Assembly: GCF_902713615.1 (NCBI RefSeq)
Contig: NC_052164.1
Location: forward strand, 40,473,091 to 40,537,090
Source of the DNA: Scyliorhinus canicula
Taxonomy: Eukaryota
Direction: 5' to 3'
Length of the DNA stretch: 64,000 nucleotides
In this document: one piece after another, positions 25,372 through 36,800 of the stretch
How positions within the stretch are numbered: position 1 is the stretch's first letter
How the letters are laid out: each line of letters begins with the position of its first letter
The notes under the pieces: model-generated
Seen by the model: only the letters and a program-made list of their open reading frames with translations
Told to the model about the DNA's origin: nothing
Databases searched by the model: none
Translations under genes and position numbers: made by a program

Positions 25372-28300
25372 AGATTTCCCATCGATATATTTAATGAAGA
25401 TTGGGAGCAATTGTTATTTATTTAAACATTATTTAAACAACCTTTTAATATTTAATTTATGATTCCAATATTTATTTCTGGATGCACTGTATGTTCATGT
25501 TTAATTTTTTTTTAATATTGGTAATTGCGACAGGCGGTGCGAGAAATATATTTCTGGCAGTTTTTGTTCCACAATAGACTGTATCCGATGGCAAAGATGT
25601 GCCCCGAATTGAAGTTTCACAATAAATATTTTGAACTTTGAATTTTATGATGTAATCTTCGTTTCCACATCTATGTTCGTGCCCCTTCGATGCTGTTTTG
25701 TTCAACTTGTCTGAAATTTTCAATTCATTGGATGATGGAGGCTGTGCGACCCAGGAGGGAGCACCAATAGCTCCGAGCCTGATGTCCCGGTGTTCAAGTC
25801 ACACCTCCTGTCAGTTTCCTTGTTTCACTCTGCAATGTTTGATTTCTTGAAATCATGTGTAAAGGCAAACAAACATTTATTGGACAGGTCCCGACCATTG
25901 AAAATTGTGATTTTTTTTACGGTTCGGTGAATTTTGATTCAGGATTAAACACTTTGGCTAACTTTTACCCGCTACAAAGCGATTGAATTATTCACAACAG
26001 AAAGTCTACTAAATAGAAAGAAAGCAAAATTATTGTCGATAAAAAGTAACAAAATCAGAGACCATTTAAACCAGTAACAGCCTCAATATATCGGGAAATA
26101 CAAGTATGACCAGAAAAAATCAGAGAAAACATTGCTGTGAATCTTAGATTCCCTTTCAGTCGAGGGCAGTCTAACAGAATCAACAGATATTAAGCGGGAG
26201 CTAAATTGTTTTGTTGCCATCAATCGACCAGATGTGAACTGATCGTTTTCGGGCCAATGTTTGCCCATTGTTTTCTGACAATGTAACCATTCTTTTTATG
26301 GTGGGAAGGATTTCCATTGGGAATTCATCTCATTGCCATGTCCACACACTGATGATCATCTCTTCGCAATAAATGTCATCGTGCAAGCATTTTGTGAGAT
26401 CCAGTGAAACGCAGTATAACTGCCGTCTGCACTAATTCCCGAATTTCCCCCCAGTGCTACATTATTTTGCTTAGTTTGGTCTTATTGGAGCACATACAAC
26501 AATGCGTAACATTAAAGCAACATCATTTTAAAATATGTATACTATTGTGAATACATATAGTGAATAGAAATTCGGCACTGCCACATTATTGTCATTTTCC
26601 ATCTATTTTGGCCATCTACAATTTTCACTGCTTGTTGCCCCTCCCCCCATTATCGACACAACAATATAGGATTGGTTTATGGAAAGGTATTTGCCCTCTG
26701 CAGTCCAGAATAGTGAAGTAAAGTCGCCATAGCCTCAGATGACCACAGGCTGCTTTGAGGGGGAGAGCTGGCTGGTGGTGACTTAACCTGAGGATCACTA
26801 CATCTCAGTTAGCGGCAAGGTTGAGAAGGGAAGTGGTGGTGGGGGAAGGGGAGGGTGGTTAATGAATAGTGCTGGACTACAACCAACCAAAGGACGCTGC
26901 TCCGCAACCATCCCTGGACTCAATGGTGAAGCAAGCAGGTCAGTCAGAGCGAAATAAAGGTCTGAAAATGTTGCCACTTTCAGCCAGAACTACCAGGTGG
27001 ATGATCCGTTTTGGCCTCTCCCAGAGGTTCCGAGCACCACAGATGTCAGTCTTCAACTAATTCCATCCACTGCAGGCTGAACGTACTGTGTACAGCAAAG
27101 GCTATGAGTCCCGGATAACATCCTGAACGAAGAGGACTGAAGGTTCGATCCTCCGGAGCTAGTCACGGTCCTAGCCAGGATGCTCCACGTTCACTATCAT
27201 CGCACTAACCCATCATCCCCATCTCTGTTGTCCTCAATGGTTCCCTGTCCCTTCATATACCATGTTTAAAACCCATGTCTCATCCACACTTCCTCAGTGG
27301 CTTTTCCTTGCCTTATATGGATTCGTTGGTCTTCTGAGATGGGACTGCCCTTCCTGTCACTTCAGTACTGGCGATAGAACTACAAGCTCCCTTCGGCTTT
27401 CTCTTTCTACAGTCCAATCCTGATATTCCTGTGCATATCAATCTCACACAACCCCTCATCAAATTTGTCACCACCCTCCTCTTCCGCAACCCTATGATTG
27501 GGCATTCATTTATCAACATAGTGTGTCAATTTGTAAAGGTGCCTGAGGGGGCATTTAAATCTTAAATGAATCACAAAATGCAAATTGTTGTGCTGTACCT
27601 GCCAGCTGACATCACTGAACCATAAGGAACATGTTTCTCACGAAGAAACTTTTAAAAATTACATTTTTAAGGGAACACTAATGAGTTAATATTGTCAAAT
27701 TCTTCACTTACTATTTTGTAATGAACATAAATAATATGGAATATTTGACCATAACCAACCTTATGCATGAAATGCCTTACGTAGTACAGTTGTAAGGCAC
27801 TGCGAACACATAACACACATTGAGGAATTTATTTTTGAAACGTAAAACAAATTCATATCTTGACGGTAGTTCTACTCTGGCTATTTTTTCCCGTTTCATT
27901 TAGAATACGCAATTACTTTTTTCCCAAGTAAGGGCAATTTAGCTTGGCTAATCCACCTACCCTGGACATCTTTTTGTGTTGTGCGGGTGAGACCTACCCA
28001 GACACGGAGAGAACATGTAAACTCCATATGGACAGTGAATGCTGTGAACAAGATGCTGTGACTAAGTCATACTGGTGTGCCCAGTTGCTATTCTTGACGT
28101 GTGGAAATGGTTTCCCATTTGCTTGCAGGATAAAATAAACAATTACTAATTGTGACTTGAAATGAGGTAGCTGCATTGCAATCATCTCTCCAGAGATTCA
28201 ATGATACCCTCGTTTTGAATCCCTTACAATTCTCTTAAATGTATTTTTCAATATCTCAACACTTCCAAGCGTTTGGCCATGATGAAAGGCAAAGAATGGA

Positions 28301-29833
28301 GAAATAAGAGTCGTGAAAGACAATGTTCATTGAATAGTTTCTACTGGAGAGAAACGGGGAGCATCAATGATGAGACCCAAGAGATAGAAGACACATATCG
28401 TGTAAATGTGGTGCAAAAACTGTCACAATGATTCAGAAACACAGTAACATTGGCTAATTATATTATGTAATTGAAACTATTAAATATGTTTATTTGACTA
28501 AAATGTAGAATATAAGCAAGATTAGCAGGAGACATCCATTTAGTCCTTTCAGTCAACTGTCTATGGCAGATCTTCTATGTCTCATCTCCCTTAACGATTC
28601 CCACATTCCATAATATCGTAAAATCTAACATATAATTGATCAATGGCTCAACATCCAGAAACTCCTCGGGTAGAACATTTCAAAGTTTTGCAGCATTTTC
28701 ATTATTTCATGGGAAGTGTCCATAATTTATTGTTCATCCTTAGCTATCCTTGGATGTGGTGGTACTGACAATTGAATGGGCTGCGTGGCCATTTCAGAGG
28801 GCAGTTCGGAGCCGACCACATTGCTGTCGGTCAGGAGCCACATGCAGGCCGCACCAGCTGAGAATAGCAAATTCCCGCTTCCATGAAGGACATTGGTGCA
28901 TCTGATGTGATTTTATGATAACTAAGGACAGTTTAATGGTAACCCTTAATGCGATTGCTTTTCAATTTCAGGTGCATTAATTGAATGTATATTCCATTAT
29001 GTCTCCAGTTCTTTAGCCTGCCCCACCAGATTACTGCTCCAGAGAAATTGCCACCACACAATCATTCCCCGTACGTTTCGTGCTTTAGAAATTTCCCCTC
29101 AACTTCTTTATAACTGCGGCAGTTACACTTTGTTCGAGATTCTCCGGCAGGGAGATACTTGCCCAATATTTATCTTATCAAATGCTTAAACATTTTACAA
29201 GTTCCAATGGTATCACCTCTCATTCTCTTAAATTCCACGGATTGTATGTGCATCTTCTCAATCTCCCATCCCAGGAGTAGGTTTGCTCGTGTATCCCTGC
29301 TTAGGTAAAGAGACAGAAACTAATACTTTAAGCATTCTATTAAATGCGCACGCACGCAGTGACCTGAGCAGTTTCCCATGAAAGATTGTTCCGCATTTTA
29401 GGGTCATAAAATATATGAAATGATTTTTAAAAAACAATTCCTATCAGAGCCTGGAGTGCAAAGGGGCAACAGATGTGAACTTTTGGGCAAAAGCTTTTGA
29501 TATCGATGAATATTTTCGCATCCTAACTTATAAGAGAGAATTCTCTCCCTGTTAATTGAGCAGAAAGTGAAAAAGGTTTCAAATTGAAGAAGTCACTCAT
29601 GGAAAGAGGTTAAAAGATTCCCTGAAAACACATCGCGGTTAGAAGCAAAATCGATCCCTTTCTGTAACGTCAAAGGAATATCCTGGTTTACACCTTAAAA
29701 TGGACACAGCTCACCCAGGAGGAATACTCCTCAGTCCAACTGCGAAGGAGTTCAGGTCGTGTGAATATTGCGTTCGGCGCTGAACCCGGTCCAGCCACTT
29801 TCTATAATTTCTGATCTTTGCTCTTGTTTAAAC

Positions 29834-31653
29834 ATGAATTTTCCAAGTGTTTGGGGCGTGTGGACTTTGTTAATCTTGTTACCCGGGGTCTTGAGCCAGG
29901 ACTGCCTGAGGCTGCAGTTACAGGAAGTCTTCAACAAGGATGCTCAAAATTCCCTGAAGATCATGGTGAGTTTGGACAGAGATCCGGTGATTAGAGTAAC
30001 GAATTTTAACTCGCAGATCCTCGGGAAAATCCCGGATTCAACCGTTCTGAGAAAAATGTAGAACATCTCCGTGATGGAATACACCATGTAGTATTCAAAT
30101 GTGGGAGGAATCGTGTGAAAATTATATGAAGAGTGATTCAGTTCTATGGCCAGTTAAATATGTTGTAGGTCAAATCTTTAAGCAAATTGTTGAATGTCTA
30201 TTCCGCTTTTGGGGAGAATAATTACTGAGAAAGTGTGCTTCGAGCTTGTTCTGACATTATTCTCCCCTGTTGTAGGGAGGACCCTTTCCATTGGAGTGCA
30301 AAACAACGAGAGAATCGCTGAGAACCAAATCTCTGAACCTGCACCATCTCGTCAAGAGGTTACAGGTGAGTGTGCACGTTGTAAACTCTCTGACCATCCT
30401 GCTAATACTGTCAGGCGTAATAGTCATGTGGGGAAGGCAGCGAGATCCTCAACAATGAGAACAATGTTGATTTCCGTAAAATTCCTACAATGCAGAAGGG
30501 GGCCATTCATCCCAAGGAATCTGCACTGACCAGCTGAAAGAGCGCCCCCCCCCCCTGGTCCACTCCCCAGCCCCATAACATCCCTGGACAGCAAGAGGTA
30601 ATTTAACGGTCAATCCACCTAACCTGCACACCTTTGGACTGTGGGAGGAAACCGGAGCACCCAGAGGAACCCCACGCACATACCGGGAAAACATGCAAAC
30701 TCCACACAGCCAAAGTCGAAATCGAACCCAGGTTCCTGTGCTAATCACTGTGCCACTGAGAAATTCTAATGTTGAGCCTTTTGGGGATGAACTTTGTAAC
30801 CTGTAATCCTGCTAATACTGGAAGGCGTAATAGTCATGTGTGTGTGGTGGTGGTGGTGGTGGGGGCGCCGGGGTGGGGTGGGGGGAGGAGGGCGGTGTAC
30901 CCACCTCCGCAAAAATAAGAACCAGGAGTCCAAAATTTTAATGTTGAATGATTGGGGGGACAGACGGACCAGCTGCCGAACAGTTTGATATTCTTCTCTC
31001 TATTTACCCCAAATTGCTAACAGTATCAGGTTAGCTAATCAAAGGGGAAGATACCAGTAACCAATTTGAGACTGATCAAATTGTCACCAGCAATAGCGAT
31101 GCCGACCTTTTCAAATCGAGCTCCTTACAGATTTGCCGATGCACGTGTCAATTAAAATAACCAGGTCAAGGAGAAATATCCTTTCTAATGTCATTGTGTA
31201 TATTTTCCTCAGACACAGGACAGGATCCAGATTGTCCATCAGACCCTACGTCACATCAGCAAGATCTACAGCATGAACCTGGCCTCAGTCACCTGGGCCC
31301 GGGACAAGGTGGAACATTTCCGGCTTCTCCTGGACCGACAGCTCAGTCAGCTGGAAGAATGTGTCAGGAAACCGGGATCCAGTCTGAGGAGAAACTCCGC
31401 CATTCACAATTACTTTCGGAAATTGGAAAAGTTTCTCAATCAGGAGGTGGGACAATTGCTAATTGACTGAGTGATTACTGGCTTGTAGATCATTTCAACC
31501 CATTGGAATCTGTTCATTCTCTAATACATTTTCCCCAATGTTTCCATTTTTCAGGGATTCAGTGACTGTGCCTGGGAAATAATCCGCACTGAGACCAGGG
31601 CCCGATTACAACAGCTCCTTTTCATAACGGCACAAATCAGCAGAAGGAATTAA
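29834..31653 (+). CDS. Type I interferon, copy 5 (exons 29834-29965, 30276-30365, 31213-31446, 31555-31653; 184 aa)
   Basis: Intact ORF with DCQR>DCLR, NLA and SQL; CAWE intact. Confidence 0.95.
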
Positions 31654-32959
31654 AGATTTCCCATCGATATATTTAATGAAGACTGGGAGCAATTGTTATT
31701 TATTTAAACATTATTTAAACAATTTTTTGATATTGAAGTTTTGATTCCAATATTTATATCTGGCTGCATTGTGTATTCATATTTATTTTTTTAAATAATA
31801 TTGGTAATTGCGAGAGACGGTGCGAGAAATATATTTATAACCGTTTTTGTTCCACAATAGGCTGTATCTGATGGCAAATTTGTGCCCCGAATTACAGTTT
31901 CACAATAAATATTTCGAACTTTGAATTTTATGATGTAGTCTTCGTTTCCACATCTATATTCGTGCTCCTCCGGTGTGTTGTTGTTGATTTTGTCTGAGAT
32001 TTTCAATTAATTGGATGATGGAGGCTGTGCGGCCCAGGAGGGAGCACCAATAGCTCCGAGCCTGATGTCCCGGGGTTCAAGTCCCACCTCCTGTCAGTTT
32101 TCTTGTTTGACTCTGCAAAGTTTGATTTGTTGAAATGATGCGTAAATATAAACAAACATTTATTGGAGAGACGCCGACAATTGAAAAGTTAGATTTTTAA
32201 CGGTTGTTTAATTTTGATTCAGAATTAAACACTTTGGCTAAATTTTACCCGCTGCAAAGCGATTGAATTATTCACAACACGAAGTCAACTAAATGTAAAG
32301 AAAGTAAAATTATTGTCGATAAAAGGTAATAAATTCAGAGCCCATATAAACCAGTAAGAACTTCAATATGTCGAGAAATATAAGTATGATCAGAATAGAT
32401 CAGAGATACTGGCTGTGAATCTTAGATTTGCATTCAGTGCGGGCAGTCTAACAGAATCAGCAGATGTTAAGAGGGAACTAAATTGTTTTGTTGTCGTCAG
32501 TCATTACTGATGTGAACGGATTGTTTTTGGGAGAATGTTGTCCCAGTATCTCCTGACAATGTAACCATTCTATTTGTGCTGAGAGAGATTTCCATTGGGG
32601 ATTCATCGCATTGCCCTGTCCACACACAGTTGATCATCTCTTTGCAATACATGTCACCGCACAAGCATTTTGTGAAATCCAGCGAAACGCTGTATAACTC
32701 GTCTGCACTAATTCTCGAATTTCCCTCCAGTGCGACATTGTTTTGCTCAATTTGATCTTTTTGGAGCACATACAACAATGCGTAACATTAAAGCAACATC
32801 ATTTTTAAGTGTGAGAAATCTGCACTGCCATTTTAGTCTAACTTTCCATATATTTTGGCCATCTCGGATTGTTCGCTGCTTGGTGCCCCCCTCCCCCCCC
32901 CCCCCCACCCCCGCCCTCTCCCCCCATCGACACAACAATGTAGGATTTGTTATTCGATG

Positions 32960-33839
32960 TTAAAAGCTGTTACCCAAAAGTTCACATCAGTTGCCACTTT
33001 GCTTTCCCGGCACTCAAGTCCCTCTGCTCCTGCAACCTCTTAAGATTTGTGCCTCTTATTTTATATTGTCTGCCCATGATCTTCTTACCAAAATGCAGCA
33101 CCTCATACATTTCTGCACTGAACTTAATTTGCCACATATCTGCCCATTCCACCAACCTTTCTATGTTCTTTAGAATTTTAAACTCTAATAATAATCTTTG
33201 TTGTTACAAGTAGGCTTATATTAACACTGCAATGAAGTTATTGTGAGAAGCCCCGAGTCGTCAAACTCTGGTGCCTCTTCGGGTACACAGAGGGAGAATT
33301 TAGAATGTCCAAATTACCGAACAGCACATCTTTCGGGACTTGTGGGAGGAAACCGGAGCACCCAGAGGATACCCACTCAGACACAGGGGGAATGTACAGA
33401 CTCGGCACAGAGGGTGACCCAAACTGAGAATCGAACCTGGAACCCTGGAGCTGTGAAGCAAAGATGCATAGTTTACAATGCTTCCAAGTTTCATGACATC
33501 CACACACCTTGAAATTGCCCCTTGCACAGGAAGTTCTAGATCATTAATATATATCAGGGAAAGTAAGTGTCCCAATACCAGCCTCTAGGGAATCCCTGTT
33601 CCAACCTTCCACCAGCCAGAAGAATATCCATTGACCATTACTCTCTGCTTTCAAGTATTCAGCCAATTTTGTATCCATGTTGCTACAGACCCTTTTATTC
33701 CATGACCTATACCTTTTCTCACAAGTTTGTTGTGCGGCACTGTATCAAAAACTTTTTGAAAGTCCATGTACACCAAACCAACAGCATTACCGTCATTAAC
33801 CCTTTGTGTTACCACTTCAAAAATTCTAGCACGTTAGTT
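32960..33839 (-). mobile_element. Old CR1 RT fragment (3' part of the host element split by L1)
   Basis: The minus strand encodes degenerate LEFFEVVT...VYMDFQKVFD RT sequence that continues the reading interrupted at 40031. Confidence 0.75.
33188..33470 (-). mobile_element. V-SINE with a non-CR1 tail
   Basis: V-domain (reverse of gtgggaggaaaccggagcaccc) and B-box ggttcgattc. The tail is the family also seen at 13666, 55486 and 61684. Confidence 0.75.
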
Positions 33840-36800
33840 TTTTAAAAAATAATTTTTATTGGAAAATTTTGAATTTAGACAACAACAACGAACCATAATA
33901 AAATACCAAAAATAACAATAATATTAGCAATCATAAACATTCGCCCCCACCTCCATGAACAACACAGCATTTTAACCACAACGCAAATTAACACAATATT
34001 AAGTTACATAATAGAAACTACACCTCCCCGGTTTGCTGCTGCTATTGACCAAGATACCTATCTTTGAGCCAGGAAGTCCAGAAAAGGCTGCCATTGTTTA
34101 TAGAACCCTTGTATTGATGCTCTCAGGGAAAATTTGACCCTTTCCAATTTTATAAATCCCGCCATGTCACTGATCCAGGTCTCCACACTTGGGGGCCTCG
34201 CATCCTTCCACTGTAGCAAGATCCTTCGTCGGGCTACTGGGGCGCAAAGGCCAGGACACCGGCCTCTTTCACCTCCTGCACTCCCGGCTCTACCGCAACT
34301 CCAAAAATCGCGAGTCCCCACCCTGGTTTGACCCTGGATCCAACCACCCTCGACACCGTCCCCGCCACCCCCTTCCAGAATTCTTCCAGTGCTGGGGATG
34401 CCCAGAACATATGGGCGTGGTTCGCTGGACTCCCTGAACATCTGGTGCACCTGTCCTCACCCCCAAAGAACCTACTCATCCTAGTCCCGGACATGTGGGC
34501 CCGGTGCAGCACCTTAAATTGGATGAGACTAAGCCTCGCACATGAGGAGGAAGAGTTGACTCTCTCCAAGGCATCTGCCCAAGTTCCGTCCTCTATCTGC
34601 TCCCCGAGTTCCTCCTCCCATTTAGCCTTCAGGTCCTCCACTGACGACTCCTCCACCTCCTGCATTACCTTATAGATGTCAGACACCTTCCCCTCTCCGA
34701 CCCACACCTCCGAAAGCACTCTGTCCATCGTCACCCTGCGAGGGCAGCAAAGGGAATCCTGTCGCCTAGCAAACGCCTTTACCTGCAAGTATCTGAACAT
34801 GTTCCCTTGGGGAAGCCCAAATTTATCTTCCAGTTCCCCCAGGCCCGCAAACCTCCCGCCAATAAACAGGCCCCTCAATTTACTGATGCCACCCTTTGAC
34901 ACCCCCTAAATCCCCCATCCCTGTTCCCTGGGATGAACCGATGATTGCCACCCAATGGAGCCTCTATCGAGCCCCCTGTTTCCCCCTTATGCTGTCTCCA
35001 CTGTCCCCAGATTCTTAGGGTCGCCGCCACCACCGGGCTTGAGGTAAACCTCTTAGGGGAGAGCGGCAACAGCGCCGTTACCATGGCCCCCAGGCTCGTA
35101 CCTCTACATGACGCCATCTCCATTCTTTTCCATGCCGCCCCTCCCCCCTCCATCACCCATTTACGCACCATTGACACATTGGCCGCCCAATAGTACCCCA
35201 GAAGGTTGGGCAGCGCCAGCCCGCCTCTATCCCTCCCTCGCTCCAGGAGCACCCTCTTCACTCTCGGAGTCCCATGTGCCCACACAAAGCTCAAAATACT
35301 GCTAGTCACTCTCCTAAAGAAGGCCCTGGGGATAAAGATGGGCAGGCACTGAAAGAGGAACAAGAACCTCGGAAGCACCGTCATTTTGACGGACTGCACC
35401 CTCCCCGCCAACGACAATGGCAGCATGTCCCACCTCTTGAACTCCTCCTCCATCTGATCTACAAGTCTGGTGAAATTATGTTTGTGAAGAGTCCCCCAGT
35501 CCCTGGCCACCTGCATCCCCAGGTACCTAAAGCTCTCCCCTGCCCGCCTAAGCGGGAGCCTACCAATTCCTTCCTCCTGGCCTCCAGGGTGCACCACAAA
35601 CATCTCACTCTTGCCTAGATTTAGTTTATAGCCTGAAAAGATCACAAACTCAGCTAGCAGCTCCATCACCCCTGGCATCCCTCCCACCGGGTCCGCCATA
35701 TACAGTAACAGGTCATCGGCATACAATGACACCCTATGTTCCTCCCCACCTCGCACCAAACCTCTCCACCTCTCTGAATCCCTCAACGCCATTGCCAGCG
35801 GCTCGATTGCCAGTGCAAACAACAAGGAGGACAGGGGGCAACCCTGCCTGGTCCCTCGGTAAAGCCGGAAGTACTTAGACCTCCTCCCATTCGTGGCCAC
35901 GCACGCCATCGGGGCCTCATATAGCAGCCTTACCCATCTAATGAACCCTTCACCAAATCCAAACCTCCCCAACACCTCCCATAAGTACCCCCACTCCACT
36001 CTATCGAAGGCCTTCTCCGCATCCAGCGCCACCACTATCTCTGCCTCCCCCTCAATCGCCGGCATCATGATGACAATCAACAATCTCCGCACATTTGTGT
36101 TCAGCTGCCTTCCCTTCACAAAACCTGTCTGGTCCTCGTGTGTAACCCCTGGCACACAGTCCTCTATCCTGGTGGCCAGGATTTTTGCCAGCACCTTGGC
36201 ATCTACGTTGAGGAGAGATATGGGCCTGCATGAACCACACTGCTGGGGGTCCTTGTCCCTCTTTAAAATTAACGAGATCAGCACCCGCGACATCGTCGGG
36301 GGCAAAGTCCCCCCTTCCCACGCTTCATTAAGTGTCCGCACCAGCAAGGGGCCCACTAGGTCCACAAACTTTTTATAAAATTCCACCGGGAACCCATCTG
36401 GCCCCGGTGCCTTCCCTGACTGCATCTGCCGGATCCCCTTAACTAGCTCCTCCAGCTCAATCGGCGCACCCAACCCCCTCCTCCTGCACCTTCGGGAAAG
36501 AAAGGCCATCGAGGAACCTCTCCATTCCCCCCCTCTCCCCCGTTGGCTCCGACCAGTACAGTTCCCCATAAAAGTACTTGAAGACCTCATTCACCTTTAC
36601 CCCCTTCCGCACCACATTCCCACTCTTGTCTCTCACTCTAGCAATTTCCTTAGCCGCATCCCGCTTGCAGAGCTGATGAGCCAGCATCCTACTCGCCTTT
36701 TCACCATGTTCGTACACTGCCCCTTGTGCCTTCCTCCACTGTGCCTCTACCTTTCTAGTGGTCAGCAAATCAAATTTAGCCTGCAGGCTGCGCCTCTCCC

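Larger units (their letters stand above)
1..32950 (+). repeat. Tandem array of five ~6.3-6.4 kb units, each containing a type I IFN gene
   Basis: The anchor gatatc(t/g)atgaatattttcg recurs at 1, 10397, 16813, 23218 and 29499. Spacings are 10396 (including a ~4.1 kb CR1), 6416, 6405 and 6281. The last unit ends near 32950, where CR1 sequence begins. The window starts inside a unit. Confidence 0.97.

Noticed and set aside
1-32950. CRISPR or other prokaryotic defence system
   Set aside because: No short repeat-spacer array or operon structure. The sequence has spliceosomal introns and vertebrate retroelements.
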